DNA of 64,000 nt from assembly GCF_009914755.1 (NCBI RefSeq), contig NC_060933.1. One strand, given 5' to 3'. The notes below the pieces were generated by a model. The model saw only the letters and a program-made list of their open reading frames with translations. It did not search any database and was not told the origin of the DNA. The translations under genes and the position numbers were made by a program. This DNA is from the human T2T-CHM13v2.0 reference genome, Homo sapiens. Positions 1 to 14,200 of the stretch are shown here, in pieces; position 1 is the stretch's first letter; every line of letters begins with the position of its first letter.

Positions 1-3000
1 ATGGAATCAACCCGAGTGCAATGGAATGGAGTGTAATGGAATGGAATGGAATGTAAACAACCCGAATGGAATGGAATATAATGGAGTGTAAGGGAATTGA
101 ATGGAATCAATCCGAATGTAATGGAATGGAATGGAAAGGAATGGAATGGAATGGAATGGAATGGAATGGAATGGAATGGAATCCACCCGAGTGTAATGGA
201 ATGGAATCGAAAGGAATGGAAAGGAATGGAATGGATTCAACTCGATTGCAATGGAATGGAATAGAATGGAATGGAATGGAATGGAATGGAATGGAATGGA
301 ATTAACCCGAATAGAATGGAATGGAATGGAATGGAACGCAACGGAACGGAATGGAATGGAATGGATTGGAATGGAATGGAATGGAATGGAATGGTGCGGA
401 ATAGAATGGAATGAAACGAATTGGAATGGAATGGAATCGAATGGAATGGAATGGAATGGAATGGAATCAACCCGAGTGCAGTGGAATGTAATGGAACGGA
501 ATGCAATGGAATGGAATCATCCGCAATGGAATGGAATGGAATGGAATGGAATCAACCCGAGTGCAATGGAATGGAGTGGAATGGAATGGAATGTAAACAA
601 CCCGAATGGAATGGAATATAATATAGTGTAAGGGAATTGAATGGAATCAATCCGAATGCAATGGAATGGAATGGAAAGGAATGGAATTGAATGGAATGGA
701 ATGGAATGGAATCAACCCGAGTGTAATGGAATGGAATCGAAAGGAATGGAAAGGAATGGAATGGATTCAACACCAATGCAATGGAAAGGAATGGAATCAA
801 CCCGAGTGGAATGGCATGGAATGGAATGGAAAGGAATGGAATGGAATGGTACAGAACGGAATGGATTGGAACGCAATGGAATGGAACGGAATGGAATGGA
901 ATGGAATGGAATGGAATGGAATCAACTCGATTGCAATGGAATGGAATGGAATGGAATGGAATGGAATAGAATGGAAGGGAATTAACCCGAATAGATTGGA
1001 ATGGAATGGAATACAATCAACCCGAGTACAGGGGAATGGAATGGAATGGAATGCAATGGAATGGAATCATCCGTAAAGGAATGGAAAGGAATGGAATGGA
1101 ATGGAATGGAATAGAATGGAATGGAATGGAATGGAATCAACTCGATTGCAATAGAATGGAACGGAATGGAATTAACCCGAATAGAATGGAATGGAATGGA
1201 ATGGAACGGAACGGAACGGAACGGAACTGAATGGAATGGAATGCAATGGAATGGAATGGAATGGTATGGAATGGAATGGAATGGTACGGAATAGAATGGA
1301 ATGGAACGAATTGGAATGGAATGGAATCGAATGGAATGGAATGGAATCAACCAGAGTGCAGGGGAATGTAATGGAACGGAATGCAATGGAGTGGAATCAT
1401 CCGGAATGGAATGGAATGGAATGGAATGGAATCAATCCGAGTGCAGTGGAATGTAATGGAACGGAATGCAATGGAATGGAATCATCCGCAATGGAATGGA
1501 ATGGAATGGAATGGAATGGAATGGAATGGAATCAACCCGATTGCAATTGAATGGAGTGGAATGGAATGGAATGGAATGTAAACAACCCGAATGGAATGGA
1601 ATATAATGGAGTGTAAGGGAATTGAATGGAATCAATCCGAATGCAATGGAATGGAATGGAAAGGAATGGAATTGAATGGAATGGAATGGAATGGAATCAA
1701 CCCGAGTGTAATGGAATGGAATCGAAAGGAATGGAAAGGAATGGAATGGATTCAACACCAATGTAATGGAAAGGAATGGAATCAACCCGAGTGGAATGGC
1801 ATGGAATGGAATGGAATGGAATGGAATGGAATGGTACAGAACGGAATGGATTGGAACGAAATGGACTGGAATGGAATGGAATGGAATGGAATGGAATGGA
1901 ATGGAAGGGAATTAACCCGAATAGATTGGAATGGAATGGAATGGAATCAACCCGAGTACAGGGGAATGGAATGGAAAGAAATGCAATGGAATGGAATCAT
2001 CCGTAATGGTATGGAAAGGAATGGAATGGAATGGAATGGAATGGAATAGAATGGAAAGGAATGGAATGGAATCAACTCGATTGCAATAGAATGGAATGGA
2101 ATGGAATTAACCCGAATAGAATGGAATGGAATGGAATGGAATGGAACGGAACGGAATGGAATAGAATGGAATGGAATGGAATGGAACGGAAAGGAACGGA
2201 ATGAAATGGAATGGAATGGAATGGAATGGAATCAACACGAGTGCAGGGGAATGGAATGGAATGGAACGCAATGGAATGGAATCTTCCGCAATGGAATGGA
2301 ATGGAATGGAATGGATTGGAATGGAATGGATACAACTCGATTGCAATGGAATGGAATGGATTGGAATGGAATGGAATGGAATGGAATTAACCCGAATAGA
2401 ATGGAACGGAATGGAATGGAAAGGAAGGTAATGGAATGGAATGGAATGGAATCAACCCGAGTGCAGGGGAATGGAATGGAATGGAATGCAATGGAATGGA
2501 ATCATCCGGAATGGAATGCAATGGAATGGAATGGAATGCAATGGAATGGAATGGAATGCAATGGAATGGAATCATCCGGAATGGAATGGAATGGAATGGA
2601 ATGGAATGGAATGGAATCAACTCGATTCCAATGGAATGGAATGGAATAGAACGGAATGGAATTAACATGAATAGAATGGAATGGAATGGAATGGAACGGA
2701 ATGGAATGGAATGGAATGGATTCAACTCGATTGCAATGGAATGAAATAGAATGGAATGGAATGGAATGGAATGGAATTAACCCGAATAGAATGGAATGGA
2801 ATGGATTGGAATGGAATGGAACGGAATGTAATGGAATAGAATGGAATGGAATCAACCTGAGTGCAGGGGAATGGAATGGAATGGAATGCAATGGAATGGA
2901 ATCATCAGAAATGGAATGGAATGGAATGGAATGGAATGGAATGGAATTGAATGGAATCAACTCGATTTCAATGGAATGGAATGGAATAAAATGGAATGGA

Positions 3001-5211
3001 ATTAACACGAATAGAATGGATTGGAATGGAATGGAATGGAACGGAAAGGAATGGAATGGAATGGAATGGAATCAACCCAAGTGCAGGGGAATGGAATGGA
3101 ATGGAATTCAGTGGAATGGAATCATCTGGAATGGAATGGAATGGAATGGAACCGAATGGAATGGAATCAACCCGAGTGCAATGGAATGGAGAGGAATGGA
3201 ATGGAATGGAATGGAAACTACCAGAATGGAATGGAATGTAATGGAGTGTAAGGGAATTGAATAGAATCAATCCGAATGAAATGGAATGGAATGGAACGGA
3301 ATGGAATGAAATGGAATGGAATGGAATGGAATGGAATGCAATGGAATGGAATCAACCCGAGTGCAATCGAATGGAATAGAATGGAATGGAATGCAATGGA
3401 ATGGATTCAACTTGAATGGAATGGAAAGAATGGAATCAACACGAGTGGAATGGCATGAATTGGAATGGAATGGAATGGAATCAACCCGAGTACAGGGGAA
3501 TGGAATGGAATGGAATGGAATGCAATGGACTGGAATCATCCGTAATGGAATGGAAAGGAATGGAATGGAATGGAATGGAATGGAATGGAATCAACTCGAT
3601 TGCAATCGAATGGAATGGAATGGAATTAACCCGAATAGAATGGAATGGAATGGAATGGAACGGAACGGAATGGAATGGAACGGAATGGAATGGAACGGAA
3701 CGGAATGGAATGGAATGGAATGGAATGGAATGGACTGGAATGGAATCAACGCGAGTGCAGGGGAATGGAATGGAATGGAATGCAATGGAATGGTATGTTC
3801 CAGAATGGAATGGAATGGAATGGAATGGAATGGAATGGAATGGAATGGAATGCAATGGATTCAACTCGATTGCAATGGAATGGAATAGAATGGAATGGAA
3901 TGGAATGGAATGCAATCAACCCGAATAGAATGGAATTGAATGGAATGGAACGGAACGGAATGGAACGGAACTGAATGGAATGGAATGCAATGGAATGGAA
4001 TGGAATGGTATGGAATGGAATGGAATGGTACGGAATAGAATGGAATGGAACGAAATGGAATGGAATGGAATCGAATGGAATGGAATGGAATCAACCCGAG
4101 TGCAGGGGAATGTAATGGAACGGAATGCAATGGAATGGAATCATCCGGAATGGAATGGAATGGAATGGAATGGAATCAACCCGAGTGCAATGGAATGGAG
4201 TGGAATGGAATGGAATGGAATGTGAACAACCCGAATGGAATGGAATATACTGGAGTGTAAGGGAATTGAATGGAATCAATCCGAATGTAATGGAATGGAA
4301 TGGAAAGGAATGGAATGGAATGGAATGGAATGGAATGCAATGGAATCAACCCGAGTGTAATGGAATGGAATCGAAAGGAATGGAAAGGAATGGAATGGAT
4401 TCAACTCGATTGCAATGGAATGGAATAGAATGGAATGGAATGGAATGGAATGGAATGGAATGGAATGGAATTAACCCGAATAGAATGGAATGGAATGGAA
4501 AGCAACGGAACGGAATGGAATGGAATGGAATGGAATGGAATGGAATGGAATGGTATGGAATGGAATGGAATGGTGCGGAATAGAATGGAATGGAACGAAT
4601 TGGAATGGAATGGAATCGAATGGAATGGAATGGAATGGAATGGAATCAACCCGAGTACAGTGGAATGTAATGGAACAGAATGCAATGGAATGGAATCATC
4701 CGCAATGGAATGGAATGGAATGGAATGGAATGGAATGGAATGGAATGGAATGGAATCAACTCGATTGCAATGGAATGGAATGGAATGGAATGGAATAGAA
4801 TGGAATGGAATTAACCCGGATAGATTGGAGTGGAATGGAATGGAATCAACCCGAGTACAGGGGAATGGAATGGAATGGAATGGAATGGAATCAACCCGAG
4901 TACAGGGGAATGGAATGGAATGGAAAGCAATGGAATGGAATCATCCATAAAGGAATGGAAAGGAATGGAATGGAATGCAATGGAATGGTATAGAATGGAA
5001 TGGAATGGAATGGAATCAACTCGATTGCAATAGAATGGAATGGAATGGAATTAACCCGAATAGAATGGAATGGAATGGAATGGAATGGAACGGAATGGAA
5101 TGGAATGGAATGGAATGGAATGGAACGGAACGGAATGGAATGGAATGGAATGGAATGGAATGGAATCAACGCGAGTGCAGGGGAATGGAATGGAATGGAA
5201 TGCAATGGAAT

Positions 5212-5226
5212 GGAATCTTCCGGAAT
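5212..5226. promoter_or_regulatory. Perfect three-unit heat-shock element (nGAAnnTTCnnGAAn) match; representative of 20 copies in the window
   Basis: Seen: g-GAA-tc-TTC-cg-GAA-t. Established: HSF1 binds alternating nGAAn pentamers and drives Sat III transcription under stress. Occupancy here is not shown by sequence alone. Confidence 0.5.
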
Positions 5227-5535
5227 GGAATGGAATGGAATGGAATGGAATGGAATGGAATGGATTCAACTCGATTGCAATGGAATGGAATGGAATGGAA
5301 TGGAATGGAATCAACCCGAATAGAATGGAATGGAATGGAATGGAACGGAAAGGAATGGAACGGAACGCAATGGAATGGAATACAATGGAATGGAATGGAA
5401 TGGTATGGAATGGAATGGAACGGTACGGAATAGAATGGAATGGAACGAATTGGAATGGAATGGAATCGAATGGAATGGAATGGAATCAACCCGAGTGCAG
5501 GGGAATGTAATGGAACGGAATGCAATGGAATAGAA

Positions 5536-6090
5536 TCATCCGGAATGGAATGGAATGGAATGGAATGGAATCAACCCGAGTGCAATGGAATGGAGTGGAA
5601 TGGAATGGAATGGAATGTAAACAACCCGAATGGAATGGAATATACTGGAGTGTAAGGGAATTGAATGGAATCAATCCGAATGTAATGGAATGGAATGGAA
5701 AGGAATGGAATGGAATGGAATGGAATGGAATGGAATCAACCCGAGTGTAATGGAATGGAATCGAAAGGAATGGAAAGGAATGGAATGGATTCAACTCGAT
5801 TGCAACGGAATGGAATCATCTGGAATGGAATGGAATGGAATGGAATGGAATCAACCCGAGTGCAATGGAATGGAGTGGAATGGAATGGAATGGAATGTAA
5901 ACAACCCGAATGGAATGGAATATACTGGAGTGTAAGGGAATTGAATGGAATCAATCCGAATGTAATGGAATGGAATGGAAAGGAATGGAATGGAATGGAA
6001 TGGAATGGAATGGAATGGAATCAACCCGAGTGTAATGGAATGGAATCGAAAGGAATGGAAAGGAATGCAATGGATTCAACTCGATTGCAA
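5536..6090 (+). repeat. ~280-bp tandem duplication (also present at +8260)
   Basis: tcaacccgagtgcaatggaatggagtgg at 5571 and 5851; tatactggagtgtaaggg at 5641 and 5921; same pair at 13901 and 14181. Confidence 0.85.
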
Positions 6091-6775
6091 TGGAATGGAA
6101 TAGAATGGAATGGAATGGAATGGAATGGAATTAACCCGAATAGAATGGAATGGAATGGAACGGAATGGAACGGAATGGAATGGAATGGAATGGAATGGAA
6201 TGGAATGGTATTGAATGGAATGGAATGGTACGGAATAGAATGGAATGGAACGAATTGTAATGGAATGGAATTGAATGCAATGGAATGGAATGGAATGGAA
6301 TCAACGCGAGTGCAGGGTAATGTAATGGAACGGAATGCAATGGAATGGAATCATCCGGAATGGAATGGAATGGAATGGAATGGAATGGAATCAACCCGAG
6401 TGCAATGGAATGGAGTGGAATGGAATGGAATGGAATGGAACAACCCGAATGGAACGGAATGTAATGGAGAGTAAGGGAGTTGAATAGAATCAATCCGAAT
6501 GTAATGGAATGGAATGCAACGGAATGGAATGGAATGGAAAGGAATGGAATGCAATGGAATGGAATCAACCCGAGTACAATGGAATGGAATGGAATGGAAT
6601 GGAATGGAATGGAATGGAATGGAATGCCTTAAATCCGAATGGAATGGAAAGGAATGGAATCAACACGAGTGGAATGGAATGGAATGGAATGGAATGGAAT
6701 GGAATGATACGGAATAGAATGGAATGGAACGAAGTGGAATGGAATGGAATGGAATGGAATGGAATGGAATGGAAT

Positions 6776-7125
6776 CGTTCCGAGTGGAATAGGAGGGAAT
6801 GTATTCGAGTGGAATGGAAAGGAATGGAATCAACCAGAGTGGAATGGAAGGGAATGGAATGGAATGGAAACTAATAGAATGGAATCAACCCGAGTGGAAT
6901 GGAATGGAAAGGACTGGAATGGAATGGAATGGAATGGAATGGAATGGAATCAACTCGATTGTAATGGAATGGAATGGAATGGAATGGAATGGAATGGAAT
7001 GGAATGGAATGGAATGGAATCGTTCCGAGTGGAATAGGAGGGAATGTATTCGAGTGGAATGGAAAGGAATGGAATCAACCAGACTGGAATGGAAGGGAAT
7101 GGAATGGAATGGAAACTAATAGAAT
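6776..7125 (+). repeat. 245-bp-spaced tandem duplication of the cgttccgag...aaactaataga module
   Basis: cgttccgagtggaataggagggaatgtattcgag at 6776 and 7021. Confidence 0.85.
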
Positions 7126-8260
7126 GTAATCAACTCGATTGTAATGGAATGGAATGGAAAGGAATGGAATGGAAGGAATTAAGCCGAATACAATGGAATG
7201 GAATGGAATGGAACGGAATGGAGTGGAATGGAATGGAATCAACCCGAGTGCAGGGGAATGGAGTGGAATGGAATGCAATGGAATGGAACAACCCGAATGG
7301 AATGGAATGGAATGGAAACTACCCGAAATGAATGGAATGTAATGGAGTGTATGGGAATTGAATAGAATCAATCCGAATGTAATGGAATGGAATGGAACGG
7401 AATGGAATGAAATGGAATGGAATGGAATGGAATGGAATGGAATGCAATGGAATGGAATCAACCCGAGTGCAATTGAATGGAATCGAATGGAATGGAATGC
7501 AATGGAATGGATTCAACTTGAATGGAATGGAAAGAATGGAATCAACACGAGTAGAATAGCATGGATTGGAATGGAATCAACCCGATTACAGGGGAATGGA
7601 ATGGAATGGAATGGAATGCAATGGAATGGAATCTTCCGTAATGGAATGGAAAGGAATGGAATGGAATGGAATGGAATGGAATGGAATCAACTAGATTGCA
7701 ATCGAATGGAATGGAATGGAATTAACCCGAATAGAATGGAATGGAATGGAATGGAACGGAACGGAATGGAATGGAATGGAATGGAACGGAACGGAATGGA
7801 ATGGAAAGGAATGGAATGGAATGGAATGGACTGGAATGGAATCAACGCGAGTGCAGTGGAAAGGAATGGAATGGAATGCAATGGAATGGTATGTTCCGGA
7901 AAGGAATGGAATGGAATGGAATGGAATGGAATGGAATGCAATGCATTCAACTCGATTGCAATGGAATGGAATAGAATGGAATGGAATGGAATGGAAAGGA
8001 ATGGAATCAACCCGAATAGAATGGAATGGAATGGAATGGAACGGAACGGAATGGAACGGAACGGAATGGATTGGAATGCAATGGAATGGAATGGAATGGT
8101 ATGGAATGGAATGGAATGGTACGGAATAGAATGGAATGGAACGAATTGGAATGGAATGGAATCGAATGGAATAGAATGGAATCAACCCGAGTGCAGGGGA
8201 ATGTAATGGAACGGAATGCAATGGAATGGAATCATCCGGAATGGAATGGAATGGAATGGA

Positions 8261-11200
8261 ATGGAATCAACCCGAGTGCAATGGAATGGAGTGTAATGGA
8301 ATGGAATGGAATGTAAACAACCCGAATGGAATGGAATATAATGGAGTGTAAGGGAATTGAATGGAATCAATCCGAATGTAATGGAATGGAATGGAAAGGA
8401 ATGGAATGGAATGGAATGGAATGGAATGGAATGGAATGGAATCCACCCGAGTGTAATGGAATGGAATCGAAAGGAATGGAAAGGAATGGAATGGATTCAA
8501 CTCGATTGCAATGGAATGGAATAGAATGGAATGGAATGGAATGGAATGGAATGGAATGGAATTAACCCGAATAGAATGGAATGGAATGGAATGGAACGCA
8601 ACGGAACGGAATGGAATGGAATGGATTGGAATGGAATGGAATGGAATGGAATGGTGCGGAATAGAATGGAATGAAACGAATTGGAATGGAATGGAATCGA
8701 ATGGAATGGAATGGAATGGAATGGAATCAACCCGAGTGCAGTGGAATGTAATGGAACGGAATGCAATGGAATGGAATCATCCGCAATGGAATGGAATGGA
8801 ATGGAATGGAATCAACCCGAGTGCAATGGAATGGAGTGGAATGGAATGGAATGTAAACAACCCGAATGGAATGGAATATAATATAGTGTAAGGGAATTGA
8901 ATGGAATCAATCCGAATGCAATGGAATGGAATGGAAAGGAATGGAATTGAATGGAATGGAATGGAATGGAATCAACCCGAGTGTAATGGAATGGAATCGA
9001 AAGGAATGGAAAGGAATGGAATGGATTCAACACCAATGCAATGGAAAGGAATGGAATCAACCCGAGTGGAATGGCATGGAATGGAATGGAAAGGAATGGA
9101 ATGGAATGGTACAGAACGGAATGGATTGGAACGCAATGGAATGGAACGGAATGGAATGGAATGGAATGGAATGGAATGGAATCAACTCGATTGCAATGGA
9201 ATGGAATGGAATGGAATGGAATGGAATAGAATGGAAGGGAATTAACCCGAATAGATTGGAATGGAATGGAATACAATCAACCCGAGTACAGGGGAATGGA
9301 ATGGAATGGAATGCAATGGAATGGAATCATCCGTAAAGGAATGGAAAGGAATGGAATGGAATGGAATGGAATAGAATGGAATGGAATGGAATGGAATCAA
9401 CTCGATTGCAATAGAATGGAACGGAATGGAATTAACCCGAATAGAATGGAATGGAATGGAATGGAACGGAACGGAACGGAACGGAACTGAATGGAATGGA
9501 ATGCAATGGAATGGAATGGAATGGTATGGAATGGAATGGAATGGTACGGAATAGAATGGAATGGAACGAATTGGAATGGAATGGAATCGAATGGAATGGA
9601 ATGGAATCAACCAGAGTGCAGGGGAATGTAATGGAACGGAATGCAATGGAGTGGAATCATCCGGAATGGAATGGAATGGAATGGAATGGAATCAATCCGA
9701 GTGCAGTGGAATGTAATGGAACGGAATGCAATGGAATGGAATCATCCGCAATGGAATGGAATGGAATGGAATGGAATGGAATGGAATGGAATCAACCCGA
9801 TTGCAATTGAATGGAGTGGAATGGAATGGAATGGAATGTAAACAACCCGAATGGAATGGAATATAATGGAGTGTAAGGGAATTGAATGGAATCAATCCGA
9901 ATGCAATGGAATGGAATGGAAAGGAATGGAATTGAATGGAATGGAATGGAATGGAATCAACCCGAGTGTAATGGAATGGAATCGAAAGGAATGGAAAGGA
10001 ATGGAATGGATTCAACACCAATGTAATGGAAAGGAATGGAATCAACCCGAGTGGAATGGCATGGAATGGAATGGAATGGAATGGAATGGAATGGTACAGA
10101 ACGGAATGGATTGGAACGAAATGGACTGGAATGGAATGGAATGGAATGGAATGGAATGGAATGGAAGGGAATTAACCCGAATAGATTGGAATGGAATGGA
10201 ATGGAATCAACCCGAGTACAGGGGAATGGAATGGAATGGAATGCAATGGAATGGAATCATCCGTAATGGTATGGAAAGGAATGGAATGGAATGGAATGGA
10301 ATGGAATAGAATGGAAAGGAATGGAATGGAATCAACTCGATTGCAATAGAATGGAATGGAATGGAATTAACCCGAATAGAATGGAATGGAATGGAATGGA
10401 ATGGAACGGAACGGAATGGAATAGAATGGAATGGAATGGAATGGAACGGAAAGGAACGGAATGAAATGGAATGGAATGGAATGGAATGGAATCAACACGA
10501 GTGCAGGGGAATGGAATGGAATGGAACGCAATGGAATGGAATCTTCCGCAATGGAATGGAATGGAATGGAATGGATTGGAATGGAATGGATACAACTCGA
10601 TTGCAATGGAATGGAATGGATTGGAATGGAATGGAATGGAATGGAATTAACCCGAATAGAATGGAACGGAATGGAATGGAAAGGAAGGTAATGGAATGGA
10701 ATGGAATGGAATCAACCCGAGTGCAGGGGAATGGAATGGAATGGAATGCAATGGAATGGAATCATCCGGAATGGAATGCAATGGAATGGAATGGAATGCA
10801 ATGGAATGGAATGGAATGCAATGGAATGGAATCATCCGGAATGGAATGGAATGGAATGGAATGGAATGGAATGGAATCAACTCGATTCCAATGGAATGGA
10901 ATGGAATAGAACGGAATGGAATTAACATGAATAGAATGGAATGGAATGGAATGGAACGGAATGGAATGGAATGGAATGGATTCAACTCGATTGCAATGGA
11001 ATGAAATAGAATGGAATGGAATGGAATGGAATGGAATTAACCCGAATAGAATGGAATGGAATGGATTGGAATGGAATGGAACGGAATGTAATGGAATAGA
11101 ATGGAATGGAATCAACCTGAGTGCAGGGGAATGGAATGGAATGGAATGCAATGGAATGGAATCATCAGAAATGGAATGGAATGGAATGGAATGGAATGGA

Positions 11201-14200
11201 ATGGAATTGAATGGAATCAACTCGATTTCAATGGAATGGAATGGAATAAAATGGAATGGAATTAACACGAATAGAATGGATTGGAATGGAATGGAATGGA
11301 ACGGAAAGGAATGGAATGGAATGGAATGGAATCAACCCAAGTGCAGGGGAATGGAATGGAATGGAATTCAGTGGAATGGAATCATCTGGAATGGAATGGA
11401 ATGGAATGGAATCGAATGGAATGGAATCAACCCGAGTGCAATGGAATGGAGAGGAATGGAATGGAATGGAATGGAAACTACCAGAATGGAATGGAATGTA
11501 ATGGAGTGTAAGGGAATTGAATAGAATCAATCCGAATGAAATGGAATGGAATGGAACGGAATGGAATGAAATGGAATGGAATGGAATGGAATGGAATGCA
11601 ATGGAATGGAATCAACCCGAGTGCAATCGAATGGAATAGAATGGAATGGAATGCAATGGAATGGATTCAACTTGAATGGAATGGAAAGAATGGAATCAAC
11701 ACGAGTGGAATGGCATGAATTGGAATGGAATGGAATGGAATCAACCCGAGTACAGGGGAATGGAATGGAATGGAATGGAATGCAATGGACTGGAATCATC
11801 CGTAATGGAATGGAAAGGAATGGAATGGAATGGAATGGAATGGAATGGAATCAACTCGATTGCAATCGAATGGAATGGAATGGAATTAACCCGAATAGAA
11901 TGGAATGGAATGGAATGGAACGGAACGGAATGGAATGGAACGGAATGGAATGGAACGGAACGGAATGGAATGGAATGGAATGGAATGGAATGGACTGGAA
12001 TGGAATCAACGCGAGTGCAGGGGAATGGAATGGAATGGAATGCAATGGAATGGTATGTTCCAGAATGGAATGGAATGGAATGGAATGGAATGGAATGGAA
12101 TGGAATGGAATGCAATGGATTCAACTCGATTGCAATGGAATGGAATAGAATGGAATGGAATGGAATGGAATGCAATCAACCCGAATAGAATGGAATTGAA
12201 TGGAATGGAACGGAACGGAATGGAACGGAACTGAATGGAATGGAATGCAATGGAATGGAATGGAATGGTATGGAATGGAATGGAATGGTACGGAATAGAA
12301 TGGAATGGAACGAAATGGAATGGAATGGAATCGAATGGAATGGAATGGAATCAACCCGAGTGCAGGGGAATGTAATGGAACGGAATGCAATGGAATGGAA
12401 TCATCCGGAATGGAATGGAATGGAATGGAATGGAATCAACCCGAGTGCAATGGAATGGAGTGGAATGGAATGGAATGGAATGTGAACAACCCGAATGGAA
12501 TGGAATATACTGGAGTGTAAGGGAATTGAATGGAATCAATCCGAATGTAATGGAATGGAATGGAAAGGAATGGAATGGAATGGAATGGAATGGAATGCAA
12601 TGGAATCAACCCGAGTGTAATGGAATGGAATCGAAAGGAATGGAAAGGAATGGAATGGATTCAACTCGATTGCAATGGAATGGAATAGAATGGAATGGAA
12701 TGGAATGGAATGGAATGGAATGGAATGGAATTAACCCGAATAGAATGGAATGGAATGGAAAGCAACGGAACGGAATGGAATGGAATGGAATGGAATGGAA
12801 TGGAATGGAATGGTATGGAATGGAATGGAATGGTGCGGAATAGAATGGAATGGAACGAATTGGAATGGAATGGAATCGAATGGAATGGAATGGAATGGAA
12901 TGGAATCAACCCGAGTACAGTGGAATGTAATGGAACAGAATGCAATGGAATGGAATCATCCGCAATGGAATGGAATGGAATGGAATGGAATGGAATGGAA
13001 TGGAATGGAATGGAATCAACTCGATTGCAATGGAATGGAATGGAATGGAATGGAATAGAATGGAATGGAATTAACCCGGATAGATTGGAGTGGAATGGAA
13101 TGGAATCAACCCGAGTACAGGGGAATGGAATGGAATGGAATGGAATGGAATCAACCCGAGTACAGGGGAATGGAATGGAATGGAAAGCAATGGAATGGAA
13201 TCATCCATAAAGGAATGGAAAGGAATGGAATGGAATGCAATGGAATGGTATAGAATGGAATGGAATGGAATGGAATCAACTCGATTGCAATAGAATGGAA
13301 TGGAATGGAATTAACCCGAATAGAATGGAATGGAATGGAATGGAACGGAACGGAATGGAATGGAATGGAATGGAATGGAATGGAACGGAACGGAATGGAA
13401 TGGAATGGAATGGAATGGAATGGAATCAACGCGAGTGCAGGGGAATGGAATGGAATGGAATGCAATGGAATGGAATCTTCCGGAATGGAATGGAATGGAA
13501 TGGAATGGAATGGAATGGAATGGATTCAACTCGATTGCAATGGAATGGAATGGAATGGAATGGAATGGAATCAACCCGAATAGAATGGAATGGAATGGAA
13601 TGGAACGGAAAGGAATGGAACGGAACGCAATGGAATGGAATACAATGGAATGGAATGGAATGGTATGGAATGGAATGGAACGGTACGGAATAGAATGGAA
13701 TGGAACGAATTGGAATGGAATGGAATCGAATGGAATGGAATGGAATCAACCCGAGTGCAGGGGAATGTAATGGAACGGAATGCAATGGAATAGAATCATC
13801 CGGAATGGAATGGAATGGAATGGAATGGAATCAACCCGAGTGCAATGGAATGGAGTGGAATGGAATGGAATGGAATGTAAACAACCCGAATGGAATGGAA
13901 TATACTGGAGTGTAAGGGAATTGAATGGAATCAATCCGAATGTAATGGAATGGAATGGAAAGGAATGGAATGGAATGGAATGGAATGGAATGGAATCAAC
14001 CCGAGTGTAATGGAATGGAATCGAAAGGAATGGAAAGGAATGGAATGGATTCAACTCGATTGCAACGGAATGGAATCATCTGGAATGGAATGGAATGGAA
14101 TGGAATGGAATCAACCCGAGTGCAATGGAATGGAGTGGAATGGAATGGAATGGAATGTAAACAACCCGAATGGAATGGAATATACTGGAGTGTAAGGGAA

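Larger units (their letters stand above)
1..8260 (+). repeat. 8260-bp higher-order repeat unit, copy 1 (start point arbitrary; may continue left of the window)
   Basis: Sequence at 1 (atggaatcaacccgagtgcaatggaatggagtgtaatgg) recurs at 8261; the ORF track repeats with constant offset 8260 (7..240 vs 8267..8500; 3316..3888 vs 11576..12148; 5736..5954 vs 13996..14214). Confidence 0.93.

Noticed and set aside
1031-1034. GGGG tracts as canonical G-quadruplex motifs
   Set aside because: G4 runs are isolated, typically hundreds of bases apart, and the backbone has only GG; no four closely spaced G3 tracts were seen.
6776-6880. AGGAGG in the cgttccgag module followed by ATG resembles a Shine-Dalgarno site
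   Set aside because: Eukaryotic satellite context; the downstream frame is repeat-derived and the motif arises from substitutions in pentamers.
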